DNA of 64,000 nt from Octopus sinensis. Lineage: Eukaryota. Location of the stretch: contig NC_042998.1 in assembly GCF_006345805.1 (NCBI RefSeq), positions 182,342,001 through 182,406,000 on the forward strand, given 5' to 3'. This document shows positions 37,036 to 50,595 of this stretch, in pieces. Below the pieces are notes generated by a model. The model ran no database searches. It had not been told where the DNA came from and was given only the letters and a program-made list of their open reading frames with translations. Both the position numbers and the translations under genes were made by a program. Each line of letters opens with the position of its first letter. Position 1 is the stretch's first letter.

Positions 37036-39128
37036 ATGGCCACTGGTCACCACGAGGCTGAGGTGCAAGTCAAGCGTGACGCAGAGACAGAAAAACAGGA
37101 TGCTCTGTTAGCATACGCTGAACCTGACAACAACACCACCATCAACATCGACAACAGCAACAAATACAAAACAAAGGTCGCAAGGCCAAGCACCGTCAAC
37201 ACCATCAGTAAGTCCACCACCAACACCGACAACAACACCATGGCAGAATCTGCTACTAAAACTACTATCCCTACTAAAGACATCGCCACCAATAACAATA
37301 CCAACATCATCACCATCACCGCCCCCAAAGACCGTGCCGTCAATGCTACTAACCACTAACACCACCGCCGTCACCAAGACGACAATAACAACAACACAAC
37401 AACAACAACAACAACGACGACGACAACAACAATTCCCTTCAACCACTGCTCACTCCATCACCAAGTGAAAAAATAACGACGACAAGCAAACGAAATGCCG
37501 AAATTTGCGCTAATGCAGGACTAAATTGCGCAGGCAATTTTCCACCCCTTGCTAGTTGCATAATCAGCAACCACAAACCTACAACCCACACCCCTGCCAT
37601 CAACACCAACACCACCGGCAGTACAACAATAACAAAACAACAACAAACTTCGCCCGAGTGATAAAAAAAAGGTAACAAAGTTTCGTTTACTACACAACAG
37701 ATTAAAGATTGCAGAAACCTTATTACAAATGAAAACGGAAAAATACTCTTACACATACCTCAACACATACTGAATGAGGAGAAAAAAAAGACAATTGTAT
37801 ATAAAATCACAAATAAAAAAACTAAAAGTCCAGAAAAGGCAAGCACAGACAAAGTCGAAAAGTGCTTACGCCCCATCTGGGATACAAGGATTGTGTGACT
37901 TGGGCGAACAAGTTCGCACACGTACAGGTGGTTTTTCAGGATGAAGAGTTGGCGAAGAAATTCTCAACGATAACCCTTCATTCTGATGAACTAACGTTGA
38001 CACCGAGTTACCTCGGCCAGAAGGTGACGAAAGTCATTATCAGTGGTGTCCCCCAAGTGACTACAACACTGTGGATAACATCCGCCTTAACATCCGAAAT
38101 GGAGGACTTAAACATCCTAGATATCGGTGTTTCGGAAAACAAGGACTGGCTGGGAAAGAGAATAGAGTTCCTCTTCCACATAAGTCAGAGGACATAAATA
38201 AAATCCCCACCCACGTACATCTTGAGGATGGCCGCAATTATACGTAGTAGTCGAGGGCAGAAGGCCACGATGCTATACATGTGGCAGTGAGGCACACCTC
38301 AAAAAGGAGTGCAAATCTGCCGCAAAATTACAACAACAACAACAGCCACAGGAAAAATCACAAAAGCCAGGATTATTGCCCACACCACAATATGGACAGC
38401 TAGTCAAGAAGCTGTATGCGGAAATGCAGGAAAAACAACAAAGAACAAGCCAACCCAACCAAACAACACCAACACCAGCGCCAAGAACAGAATCATCACC
38501 ACCAACAACAAATAAACCAATTCCAACACCAAGAATAACAATGAAGAAGACAAGCACCAAGGATGTAGGAGAGACAATAACCACAACAAACACCCCAGCA
38601 ACACCCTCCCCGCGCACCACAACAATATCTACAACCGCACAAACACACCCAGACGCTTTACCCTTGCCCCCTGCTGATTCGTCAGACTTTTCATCTAACG
38701 ATGAAAGTTCGACAGAATGGCAAATAGCCACAGGGGGTAAAAGAAAAAGACCAAGAAAAACCAAACAAGAAATCGCAACCAAAGCAGGGAGATACCTGAA
38801 CCCTGAAAACTCCATACACAACAAAACAAGCACCAACACCACAAAAACAATGCTATCAGCGATAGACACCAAAGACTCCAAACTAATGGAGTACATCACA
38901 GGATACACAACCATTTGTGAAGATGACTTTAAAAATAGCAATCATCCACGCACTACACCACCCAAACACATCAAAATACTACACATCACACAAACACAAC
39001 ACCACAAACTCAAAGCCCTCTTCCCAAATGCTGTAGGGGGTTTCCAGAAATATCTGTCCCAAAAACTATATAAACACCTACTCGAAGACACATCAAAGAA
39101 CGAGGAAGCCAAATTTCGACACAAGTAA
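37036..39128 (+). pseudogene. Tx1 ORF1 (T/N-rich N-terminus, RRM-like region, CCHC zinc knuckle), disrupted
   Basis: MATGHHEAEV start; FAHVQVVFQDEELAKKF...VIISGVP; CYTCGSEAHLKKEC (38271-38312); Thr/Pro-rich C-terminal part; stops and frameshifts. Confidence 0.8.
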
Positions 39129-39185
39129 GTAACTGTCTGTACTTTCATTTGTGTGTTTTAAAGCACACACCCACACCAATAGATC

Positions 39186-42100
39186 ATGGTCAAGATTGGT
39201 TGTGTGAATGCGCGTGGCTTGGGGTCTCCTTGGAAACAAGGATACCTCCTAAATGACATCAAGTCACATGATTTGGGAATCATAGCCATAAGTGAGACCA
39301 GACTCCACGAGCCACGGGCCCTAAAGTCCATGTTTGGCGGACAGTTTAACATTTATTTCGCTCCCTGTCTGCCGAGGATGGGCGGTAGTGGCACCGCGGT
39401 ACTTTTTCACAAGAGCCTGGATCTCGAAGTCAAGACGATATTCGTAGACCCGGAGGGTAGACTGATCGTTCTGGATGTTGACGGCAGCAATGGGTGCGCT
39501 TTTCGACTCGTATCAGTCTACGCACCGCCCTTAACAGGTCGGGCGGATTTCTTTCGACGTCTAGAAGTATTCTTGGGAACGTCTCGTCCTTTACTCTTAG
39601 TGGGGGATTGGAATGCTACCTTGGACACGCATGTAGACTATTACGGGGTAGAGACAGAAACAGAAGGGGATGCAAATACCTCAGAGACCTGCTCAGACGA
39701 TTCCAACTGTCTGACAGGTACCGACTCGACCACCCAAATGCACCAACGTGGACATGGAGCAACCGCAGTGGGTCGTCGAGATCGTATCTAGATAGGATAC
39801 TGTGTAGGACAGTAGACAAGGATAACTTAGGATGTCCACAATTCCACACAGTCAGCTACACGGATCACAAATTGGTGACGTGTACGCTAGACTTAGATAA
39901 GGCACATAGACAGGGTCCTGGGTACTGGAAACTGAACGCCTCATTCCCGTCCAGACAAGTTTTCAGAGACTAGTAAAGAGGCTTTGACGGGAGCCATCAT
40001 CAAAACAATGGTGGTTTGCCCTCAAGAGAGCAGTAAACAGAAGCGATTAGTACAGCAAAGCACTAGCCATAGATAGAAATAGAGTAGAGGGTGAGCTAGT
40101 TAAGAAGCTAGAAGAGGCAATTAGAAGCGGCATCGCATCCGACGTTTTGGCGGCGAGGTTGGCCCTCGACCAACACTTCAACGCCAAACACGAAGGATGT
40201 GCTGTCAGAGCTAGGATGCGTGCTCTAAGGAATGAAGGTGTTGGAGCTGCGAGAGAGGGCCCGGGTGGCAGAGGCGCAACAGGGCAACAAAGCCACCATT
40301 CGGTCACTGGTAGATGAACAGGGGCGCGAATTGCTCGAGCCAAGTAAAATGTGTGAGGCCTTTCAGCAGCATTTTGCCCGACTGTTCGGGACGAGTGGAG
40401 GGCAAGAACGTAGGGTGGACTTCAGTGCCTACCTACATAGCCTGCCGACGACTCTCGACAAGAAAGGCAGGTGCTGCGAAGGTGCCATCACGGCGGCGGA
40501 AGTGCAGGAAGCGATAGCAGAATGCTCGAGGGACAAATCACCGGGTTTGGATGGTCTACCCTACGAGTTTTACAATTGTATGCCAGACTTGTTTGGAGAC
40601 GTCTTGGCAGCGGTATACTGCAACTGGAAGCAAAACGGGAGCATACCCGGTTTTGTGAGTCGAGGAGCTGTAACTCTGCTGAAGAAAGATCCAAACAAGG
40701 GAAACATTATAGATAACTTTAGACCAATCACGCTGCTCAATGCAGACCTGAAAATTTTGACAAAGGTGTTAGCCAAGAGGTTGGCGCTTGTCATCGAGAA
40801 ACTGGTCGACAACGCACAAATGTGCGCCGTGCCGGGCGAGCATCCATGACAACCTCCATCTGATGCGCTACATCATAGACAGGGTAGTTAACGAACCTGG
40901 CATGGGTGGGGCCCTGATCAACTTGGATCAATCGAAAGCCTTTGATAGGGTAGACCATCGATACTTGGAGGCAGTCCTGAGAGCGGCTGGTTTCCGTCCC
41001 GTCTTCCGCGCTGGGATAGCTGCCTTGTACAGAGGCATCCGTTCGGTAATTCGCGTAAATGGACATCTATCGAGACCTTTCGACATTGCACGTTCGGTCC
41101 GTCAGGGATGCCCCCTCTCGGCGCTTCTATACGTATTGACTCTTGAGCCACTACTGCGGAAGCTGGCGACTCTAAGGGGCATCCCGCGAGAATTGGGATG
41201 CGGGACGAGCGTGTCTGCATACGCGGACGACGTCACCGTCATAGTGTCAAGCCACGAGCACATCGAGCGGGTCGGCGAGACACTGAAAGACTACGAAGCG
41301 GTGACAGGAGCAAAAATCAACCGGAAAAGTCAGTGGGCTTGCGGCTCAGCACCTGGAGAAGCAAGCCCATGCCGTCCACCAGTACCTCCGTCGTGGGACG
41401 CTGGACAGACGGCCCGGTTGAGTTGCTCGGGTCTGGTTCGGTCCGGACCTCCAAATGGAGAAGAACTGGAACGAGATAACGAGTAGGGTGGTCACTCTCG
41501 CCCAGCAATGGGCCGAGAGGAAACTGTCCCTAAAAGGTCGGGCGGAGGTGGTGAACGCGTACATCGCGTCCATCATCTACTACCGCCTGACCGTCGTACC
41601 TTGTCCCGACCCTACCATCACCAAACTAGAACGCATCCTCTTCCGCTTCTTGTGGAAAGGATGCGTCCCGATGGTCAGGCGATCCATTTGCTGTCAACAC
41701 CCCCGTTAAAAGGAGGGCTGGGCATGCCGTGGTTGATGATGCGCAGACACGCGCTGAGACTGCGACATCTCCGGCTCTATGTAGACGACGGTGAACAGGT
41801 GTGGGTCGCCGTTTGTGAGGCACGCATTCCCGCAACTCGTCTCCATGACCGAACTACAGTCGTGGATCAAAAAGAGGCCGAGGAAGGCCAATGGCACCGC
41901 GAGTGTCGCGTTGCTCTCAAGCAACTCTGCCGTCCCGGGTCGACCTTGAGTGACTTCAACACAACCAAGCATTCTATAGGGGATTAGTGGAGGGAAGGTA
42001 CGACGACGAGCTCGGGGCAAACCTGGGCGTCGACGAGGAATACCTGACCCGCCTGTTTCAAACGACTTTCGGCCCGGGACCTATGGACAACTTCCAGAGA

Positions 42101-42605
42101 TCCCTGGCCTGGCGGTGCTACCGAGAAGCGCTACCTGTTCGGGATAAGCTCTAGGCATGGCTCGAGAAACACGGGGCCGACCTGCCCGAGATGCGGGCAG
42201 AGCGACGAAACCGCTCTGCACGCAATCGTGCAGTGTCCAGCAATTTCCCACCTGTGGGCTTATGTCGAACGACTGCTGTCACGTGTGGGACGTGTCGGTT
42301 TATCAGCCGAGTCTATCGTTAATATCGTTAACGTACGCCTCCTTCCTTCAACGGGAAGGAAGAGCTATTTTTATCATACTTGTGGCTATGGCGAAAGAAT
42401 GTATCTGGTGGACGCGCCTGAAAGGATTAGAGACAAACACTTTCCTCTCTGGTCAATCTCTCATCAACTTCTTCAAGTATCACTTGAAGAGGAAGTGAGA
42501 GTAGAGAGGCAAGTTTTGTCTAGTGAATGTTTTAAAAAAAGATGGGTGAATGTAGCAAGGATGGCACGTATGAATGACGAAGCCACCTTGACTATGATTC
42601 TATGA
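39186..42605 (+). pseudogene. Tx1 ORF2: APE endonuclease + reverse transcriptase + C-terminal zinc knuckle, multiple frameshifts
   Basis: APE motifs VNARGL, ISETRL, VSVYAP, VGDWNA, YLDRIL, TDHKLV; RT motifs KSPGLDGLP, RPITLLNAD, DQSKAFDRV, RQGCPLS, AYADDV; CPRCGQSDETALHAIVQCP. Confidence 0.92.
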
Positions 42606-43004
42606 ACCATAAAAATTAATACAGAGAGTTGCTTATTTGCAAAAAAAAAAAAAAAAGAAATATAACATGTGACTTCATTGACCGAGGTTACCGTGGTCTT
42701 TTCCGTAGGCTTTTCTTTCCACGGGTAAACCTCACCTGTCCTCCCCTTTACACTTCATATTGACATTTCTGTGATAACGATCCCTATTGATCAATTTTTT
42801 TTCCTCTCCCCCTTTTTTTTTTTTTTTAACCCCCCCTTTTTTTGTCCTCTTTCTCTCCTTTTACGATCCCTTTTGATCGAAAACCACCACTCTCCTTTTT
42901 TTTTTTTCTTTTTTTACCCCCAAAAGAAAAGCTCTACCTGTAATTTTTTCTATCTGTGTGCAGCCCTGGTGGCTAATAAAGAAACATCTATCTATCTATC
43001 TATC

Positions 43005-43042
<38 letters not shown>

Positions 43043-43059
43043 ATCTATCTATCTATCTA

Positions 43060-43105
<46 letters not shown>

Positions 43106-43151
43106 TATATCTATCTATCTATATCTGTCTGTCTGTCTGTCTGTCTTTTTG

Positions 43152-43201
<50 letters not shown>

Positions 43202-43637
43202 ACACACGCACACACGCGCACATACACATACATAGATGTATGTATCAATATCTGCATGTGTGTGTGTGTGTGTGTATGTGTATCTTTGAGGAAGGAGTAC
43301 AGGAAATGAAACTAAATAACTGAATCAAAAACTTGCCCTCCTAGATGTGACAGTTAGTGAAGGACAACAGGTGTTAATGATAAATAACAACGATCAATAA
43401 GTCTCAAATATTCAAATATTCATAGACTTCTCACATGCATACCTCACCTAACCTTTTTCCTCTGCACTTACCTTTTTTTTCTTCTATGTATGTATCTATG
43501 TTTGAAAGTACATAAATTCTATATATGTATGTATGCACGTGACGGCATAAATAGGGCGTACAAATGTGTGTATGTGAATGCGCGTGTATGTGTGAGTGTG
43601 TTTATATATATATATATATGCATGTATGTATGTATGT

Positions 43638-43668
<31 letters not shown>

Positions 43669-43877
43669 ATATATATATATATCTACATATATATATAATA
43701 TATATTATAATATCTCATATAATATATATACTATATATATCTACACACATATTATATATATATATATCTACATATATATATATATATCTACTATATATAT
43801 ATATAATATATATATACATATTATATATATATACATATATATATACATATATATACAATATACATATATACACATAG

Positions 43878-43919
<42 letters not shown>

Positions 43920-44683
43920 ATATATAGGATATATATATATAATATATACTATATATATATATATAATATATATACATATATATACATATATACATACGTA
44001 TAATGTAAAATCTTATAGTTAGATTTTGAATAGTTATATACATACATACACGTGTGTGTATGTGTATGTCTGTGTATGCATGTTTGCGTGAGAGCAGTTG
44101 CGTGTGTATATATGTATCTACCTATATACATCTATATTTGTCATTTGTTTTTGTCCCTATTCCTTTATCTATTTATGGATTTTTATAAATGTATTTATAT
44201 TCTGATACTTATTTACACATTTGCTGCTTTTACCGCCACTTCTACCGCTGCTCTATCCCATATTTGTTTTTATTATATCTTCTACATTCTTTCGTTATAG
44301 TTTAACATGTTTTTCACTCATATTTTGCCGATGAAACTAGTGTTGTTCTTTTTTAAATTTAGTTATTTTCTTTCGTGTTTTATTGTAAATTCCAAACGAC
44401 TTTCAATGATATCGTTATTGTTTTTGTTGTTGTTGTTGTTGTTGTTATTCTTGTTGTTGCTTAGCACCCGCAAGACACCATTAGAGTTACTGCTCTCATG
44501 TGGAGAGACTAATCATCGACCACGACATGCTTCTTTGGTTTCCGACATCGATCGCGTGTGTACTCGATGCTCCCTTGAATTCAACCTTAATAGGGTCGAT
44601 GTAAAACTAATCAACGATCCAGCGATCAACTTACACCGAAACGAAATAAACAACAGGGCGGAAAAGAAAAACAAAATAATAAC

Positions 44684-44736
<53 letters not shown>

Positions 44737-44823
44737 GAAAAAATGGTACTATTTAACCTCCATATTTCTTTCTACCAAGTTCGAGTTGAAAACACGCTAA
44801 TGTGCTTAGAAAAAGGGAGAGGT

Positions 44824-44855
<32 letters not shown>

Positions 44856-45048
44856 TGTATGTATGTATGTATGTATGTATGTATGTATGTATGTATGTAT
44901 ATTTGTATGTACGTATGTTTGTATGTATATTTGTATGTATGTATGTAAGTATGTGTTTGTATGTATGTATGTGCATACACTCACATGTATGTATAAGTAT
45001 AAATGATATGTGTATATGTATAACTACGTATATGAATACATACATACA

Positions 45049-45084
<36 letters not shown>

Positions 45085-45143
45085 GATATATATTTAGGTA
45101 TATATATTTATGTATATACATCTATTTTTTATGAATATGAATG

Positions 45144-45211
<68 letters not shown>

Positions 45212-45443
45212 ATGTACACGTATCTACATATACCTACATATATATATATGCGTACATATTTGTATGTGTTGTGTATACATATATATGTATATATATGCGT
45301 ATATATATATGTATATATATGCGTATATATATGTATGTGTGTATACATATATATATGTGTGTATATATATATGTATATATGTATATGTATATGTATATAT
45401 ATCTATACCTATCTATCTATCTATCTATATGTCAAACTATCTA

Positions 45444-45517
<74 letters not shown>

Positions 45518-45789
45518 TATATATATTATATATATATATAGTCTAATCCGACAGAGTTTCATCCTGGGATGTTGAGACAGATATGAACAGCCCACCTAAG
45601 GTAGGGTAACTCGGAAAATCCACTCTACCCAGTGTATTGAGTCCTATACTAGATAATATTTGCATATGTATAAATTATAGTATTGACATATTTTACTTTT
45701 ACATTACAATATGAATATATGGCGGGGCCCCAGCATTGCTGCAGTTTTGCTATACCTTCACTACTTGAAACTTCTTCCGATATGCGACA

Positions 45790-46150
45790 CTAGGTGAATG
45801 AGGGAGTTTGATACTGATGCCCTTATTTGCGTTTCCTGCAGAAAGTTATCTTCGTCAGGAACTCTTGACAGGACACTTATATCCACCTCTCAGGCTTTTT
45901 AGAAGGATATTGAACAACTGTGGGCACTTTGAAAGTCAGAGAGACAGGCTAATAATATTTAGCATCTGCTCTGCTTCCTCGTTTATGGATAGGGCATATT
46001 ATTCCCTCTTTCAATTTGCCTGGGAGCTTACTAATTGCAAGGAGATTTTGCGAGTGCTCGTTTGCATGATTTGAGAAGGAAGGCAGGGAGTCCATCAGGG
46101 CCAGCAGCTGAGTTTCTATCTATCACAATTATGGGGCCAGTATTACATCA
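45790..46150 (-). pseudogene. Decayed, internally deleted CR1 RT fragment
   Basis: NSAAGPDGLPAFLLKSCK and GKLKEGIICPIHKRGSRADAKYY*PVSLT, then joined to a RVPDE-like 3' segment. Confidence 0.7.
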
Positions 46151-46243
46151 TCTTTGAGATCAATGTAATCAATTGTTAAATTAATTAATGCTTGTTTTTA
46201 TGTTCAGTTATAATAAAAGCAATTTTACATTATCCTGAAGGAT

Positions 46244-46309
<66 letters not shown>

Positions 46310-46313
46310 CACA

Positions 46314-46349
<36 letters not shown>

Positions 46350-46690
46350 AAAACCTGGCTCATGTGGACGACAAAGGAATGTGCGGGAAAATAGGAATAA
46401 ACATAATGGACGTGGATATGCTTAACCCCTCATCAGTTATCAACCAAAAGTCATCACAATTTCGATGTCTGATATATATTCTTTTATTTGTTTCAGTCAT
46501 TTGACTGCGGTCGTGTTGGAGCACCTCCTTTAGTCAAACTTATTCTTTGTAAACCTAGTACTCATTTTATCGGTCTCTTTTGCCGAACTGCAAGTTACGC
46601 GGACGTAGACGCACCAACATCAGTTATCAAGCGATGGTGGAAGGACAAACACGCACACACACACTCATACACACACACACACACACACAT

Positions 46691-46726
<36 letters not shown>

Positions 46727-46853
46727 CATACCACACATACATACATAAATACATATATACATACACGCATACATACCCATTTATGTATATATAGTAATTT
46801 TACACGAAGTGGGGTGACAGTGATTGTGAAGTTTATTATGTATTATTATTATA

Positions 46854-47990
46854 TTGGATAAAAACTGGGAAGAGGTGACGAGCAGGGTGGCACTTCTCAC
46901 CCAGAAATGGACCGAGAGGAAGCTGTCCCTGAAAGGTCGAGCGGAAGTGGCGAATGCGTACATCGCATCCGTCATCTATTACCGCTTGACCGTCGTCCCT
47001 TGTCCCGACCGCTGGTTGGCCAGGCTGGTACGCCTGCTCTTCGACTTTTTGTGGAAGGGTCAGGTGCCACTGGTCAGGCGATCCATCTGCTGTCAACGAC
47101 CGCTGAACGGAGGCCTTGGAATGCCGTGGTTGCTGATGCGCAGACATGCGCTCAGGCTGCGGTATCTCAAGCGCTTCCTGGACGGTGAACAGGTGTGGTC
47201 GTCTTTTGTCAGACGCGATTTTCCGCATCTCGTCTCTTTGACAGAGCTGCAGACCTGGATCAAACGTAGACCGAGAAAGGGCGCTTGGCACCTCGAGTGC
47301 CGTCAAGCTCTCTCCGCCCTCCGCCAGGCGTGCAATGCGATCGGTTACAGCTCCACTCTAGCGTTCTATAGAGGGTTAGTGGAGGAAAAATGCGACGACG
47401 TTCTCGGGGAAACTCTAGGCGTTGAAGATGACGAACTGAGCGGTCTGTTCGGAAGGACTTTCGGGCCGGGGCCGATGGATAATTTCCAGAGGTCGCTCGC
47501 CTGGCAGTGCTACCGAGGGGCTCTGCCTGTTCGAGATAAACTCTACCGGCACGGAAGTGCCGTCAGCCGGGCCTGCCCGAGGTGTTGCCAGGACGACGAA
47601 ACCGTTCTGCACGCACTCGTCCAGTGCCCGAGTATTGCTGAAATATGGGTTTATGTCGAACAGCTACTGTCACGTGTAGGACGGATCCGACTATCGGCCG
47701 AATCCATAGTGAAGATTGCCCCGCCGACCTCCTTTAACAAGGAGACCGAGGCCGTTTTCTTGTGCCTAGTGGCTGTGGCGAAAGAGGTGGTGTGGTGGGC
47801 TCGTTTGAAAGGGATAAAGTCAGACACTTTCCTCTTTGGTCATGGCCTCATCAACTTTTTCAAGTTTCACTTGAAAAGGAAGATGAAGTTAGAGAGGAAA
47901 GTGCTGTCCGATAGCAAGTGTACTGAAAGGTGGGTGAATTGTGCGAGACTGGCCAGTGTAAATGGACCAGTTCTCAGGTTTCGCCTGTGA
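46854..47990 (+). CDS. Uninterrupted C-terminal 378 codons of Tx1-B ORF2 (no true start codon)
   Basis: WTERKLSLKGRAEVANAYIAS...GGLG...CPRCCQDDETVLHALVQCP; no stops or frameshifts; begins at TTG at the truncation point. Confidence 0.85.
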   Translation: MDKNWEEVTSRVALLTQKWTERKLSLKGRAEVANAYIASVIYYRLTVVPCPDRWLARLVRLLFDFLWKGQVPLVRRSICCQRPLNGGLGMPWLLMRRHALRLRYLKRFLDGEQVWSSFVRRDFPHLVSLTELQTWIKRRPRKGAWHLECRQALSALRQACNAIGYSSTLAFYRGLVEEKCDDVLGETLGVEDDELSGLFGRTFGPGPMDNFQRSLAWQCYRGALPVRDKLYRHGSAVSRACPRCCQDDETVLHALVQCPSIAEIWVYVEQLLSRVGRIRLSAESIVKIAPPTSFNKETEAVFLCLVAVAKEVVWWARLKGIKSDTFLFGHGLINFFKFHLKRKMKLERKVLSDSKCTERWVNCARLASVNGPVLRFRL

Positions 47991-48261
47991 TTTCAAAAAG
48001 GTAATATAAAAGGAGAAAAAAGGGACTCTCTACACCCCTTTTTTGACCAGGCTCCCGTTGGCTTTTATAGGGTTTTTTTCCACCAGGAACCTTTCGTAAC
48101 GCCTCCCTCTTTTGGGAGTTTTTCATTATTAATTTTTTAATTGTTATAAAGTTTTTACTCGGATTTTTCAAAAACGGACAAAACCCTTTGTAACCTTTCG
48201 TCCTGTTTTGTCCCTTTATGTAATCATGTATGTCAGCCCTTGCGGCCAATAAAAAGAATAA

Positions 48262-48262
<1 letters not shown>
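46854..48262 (+). mobile_element. 5'-truncated Tx1 element of a second subfamily (Tx1-B), bounded by (TAT/TTA)n
   Basis: Homologous to 41450-42600; distinct 3' UTR ending GTCAGCCCTTGCGGCCAATAAAAAGAATAA then (TTA)n; 5' junction follows ATTATGTATTATTATTAT. Confidence 0.88.
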
Positions 48263-48338
<76 letters not shown>

Positions 48339-48387
48339 CATCATCATCATCATCATCATCATCATTATCATTATTATTATTATTATT

Positions 48388-49056
<669 letters not shown>

Positions 49057-49142
49057 TCGAGTATAAGCGACAACTGGTTAGTTAAACGTGATCTGAATAA
49101 TAAAATAATAATAATAATAATAATAATAATATAATAATAATA

Positions 49143-49175
<33 letters not shown>

Positions 49176-49179
<4 letters not shown>

Positions 49180-49693
49180 GATGGTATAGGCACACACCAG
49201 AAAAGGTCACAGAAAACGAGAAAGCAACCATACTCTGGGATATGCTGATTCACACAGATAGAGAAATTAAGGCCAACAGACCAGATATAGTTGTCAGAGA
49301 TCAGGAAGAAAAAAAAATGCTTTCTAATTGATGTATCAATACCGGCAGATGACAACGTGTCTCTAAAAGAAATGGAGAAACTCTCAAAATACAAAGACCT
49401 GGAAATAGAGGTAACCAGAATGGGGAATCTAAAAACAGAAACAATTCCTATCATAGTAGGTACATTAGGCATGATAAAAAAATATTCAGACAAATACATA
49501 ACAAAAACACCAGGACTTACAAAAACATATAACATACAGAAAATTGCACTACTAGGCACTGCATACATCCTACGCAGAACACTTTCCATACAATAACCAT
49601 CAGAGCATCACAACAAATCACAGCACATACCCAAGGCACACAGAGCTGCGCTCGGTAGTGAAGTGAAAGCACACTATAAAAATAAAACTACTG
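49176..49693 (+). mobile_element. 5'-truncated R4/Dong-like RLE retrotransposon in (TAA)n
   Basis: WYRHTPEKVTENEKATILWD...KANRPDIVV/CFLIDVSIP...EKLSKYKDL...PIIVGTLG (PD-(D/E)xK nuclease), one frameshift in an A-run; (AAT)n on both sides. Confidence 0.88.
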
Positions 49694-49712
49694 AATAATA
49701 ATAATAATAATA

Positions 49713-49855
49713 ACATCAAAAAATACCTTAGGAATGAGAACCCAGGTTCGAAATTTCCCCAAGACACCTGATAAAGGCTTAATGGTATATCAACCATTAT
49801 AACAACAAACAAGATGAGGACAAATATCCGTCAAATGTAAATAATGTAAATAATG
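49713..49855 (+). mobile_element. Penelope-like pseudo-LTR fragment with destroyed hammerhead
   Basis: Same family as 28877-29045; CTGATAA (G8A) and GAAA segment deleted. Confidence 0.75.
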
Positions 49856-50110
49856 TCTACAGAAAATGTTGAGTAATTCTTCAATTTAATGCGTGTGCGT
49901 GCTTGCGCGCGTGTGCGTATGCCTATACATCTGTATACGGGTGTATGTATGTACAGACGTTTATGAATTTTTATGTGTATATATCTTGATTTTCAGTCTT
50001 TCTCTCTCTCCCTCTCTCTTTTTCCTTTGTCCTTATTCATATATATACATATGCACACATGTTAATGCATGTATATGTGTGTGAGTGTGTGTGTATATAT
50101 ATATTATATA

Positions 50111-50141
<31 letters not shown>

Positions 50142-50142
50142 A

Positions 50143-50335
50143 ATGTCTTATTTTCAAAAGTTCTTAATTAAAATCTTCCACCAAACTTTAGTCACAATTT
50201 ATGTTCCTAACACTAGCTGAATGATAACTAAGTTATTTTACTAAATTCTTTATCATTTAAAATTAATTGAAAGAAACACAGAGCATCTCAAAATAAATAC
50301 AGTAACGAAAGGGTTAAGAAGAAAAATAATCAGAA
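50143..50335. mobile_element. piggyBac-type MITE, right part
   Basis: Ends GTAACGAAAGGG followed by TTAA; body repeated at 50480-50587. Confidence 0.7.
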
Positions 50336-50416
50336 GAAATAATAGCCTAAATTTCCTTCAATCTGCACCCTTCCAACTGCTTCTAATGTGCATCAGCCCA
50401 AATGTAGAGGTGTGTT

Positions 50417-50587
50417 TAACCCTTTCGATACCAACCCGGCTGAAACCACCGCTGGCTCTGTAGTACAAATGATTTGTTTTCAAAAGATCTGAATTAAAAT
50501 CTTCCACCAAACCTTAGTCACAATTTATGTTCCTAACACTAGCTTAATGATAACTAAGTTATTTTACTAAATTCTTTGTTATATTGT
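50417..50587. mobile_element. piggyBac-type MITE, left part
   Basis: Begins TTAA-CCCTTTCGATAC; truncated where the 22-bp array starts. Confidence 0.7.
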
Positions 50588-50595
50588 TATATTTA

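Larger units (their letters stand above)
36813..42987 (+). mobile_element. Full-length Tx1/L1-clade non-LTR retrotransposon (~6.2 kb), frameshifted
   Basis: 5' UTR, ORF1, ORF2 and 3' UTR ending AATAAAGAAACAT; begins and ends directly at (CTAT)n tracts. Confidence 0.9.

Noticed and set aside
46395-46445. Minus-strand CTGATGA-GGGG...TCC-ACGTC
   Set aside because: GAAA is missing and the stems are weak; at most a dead remnant.
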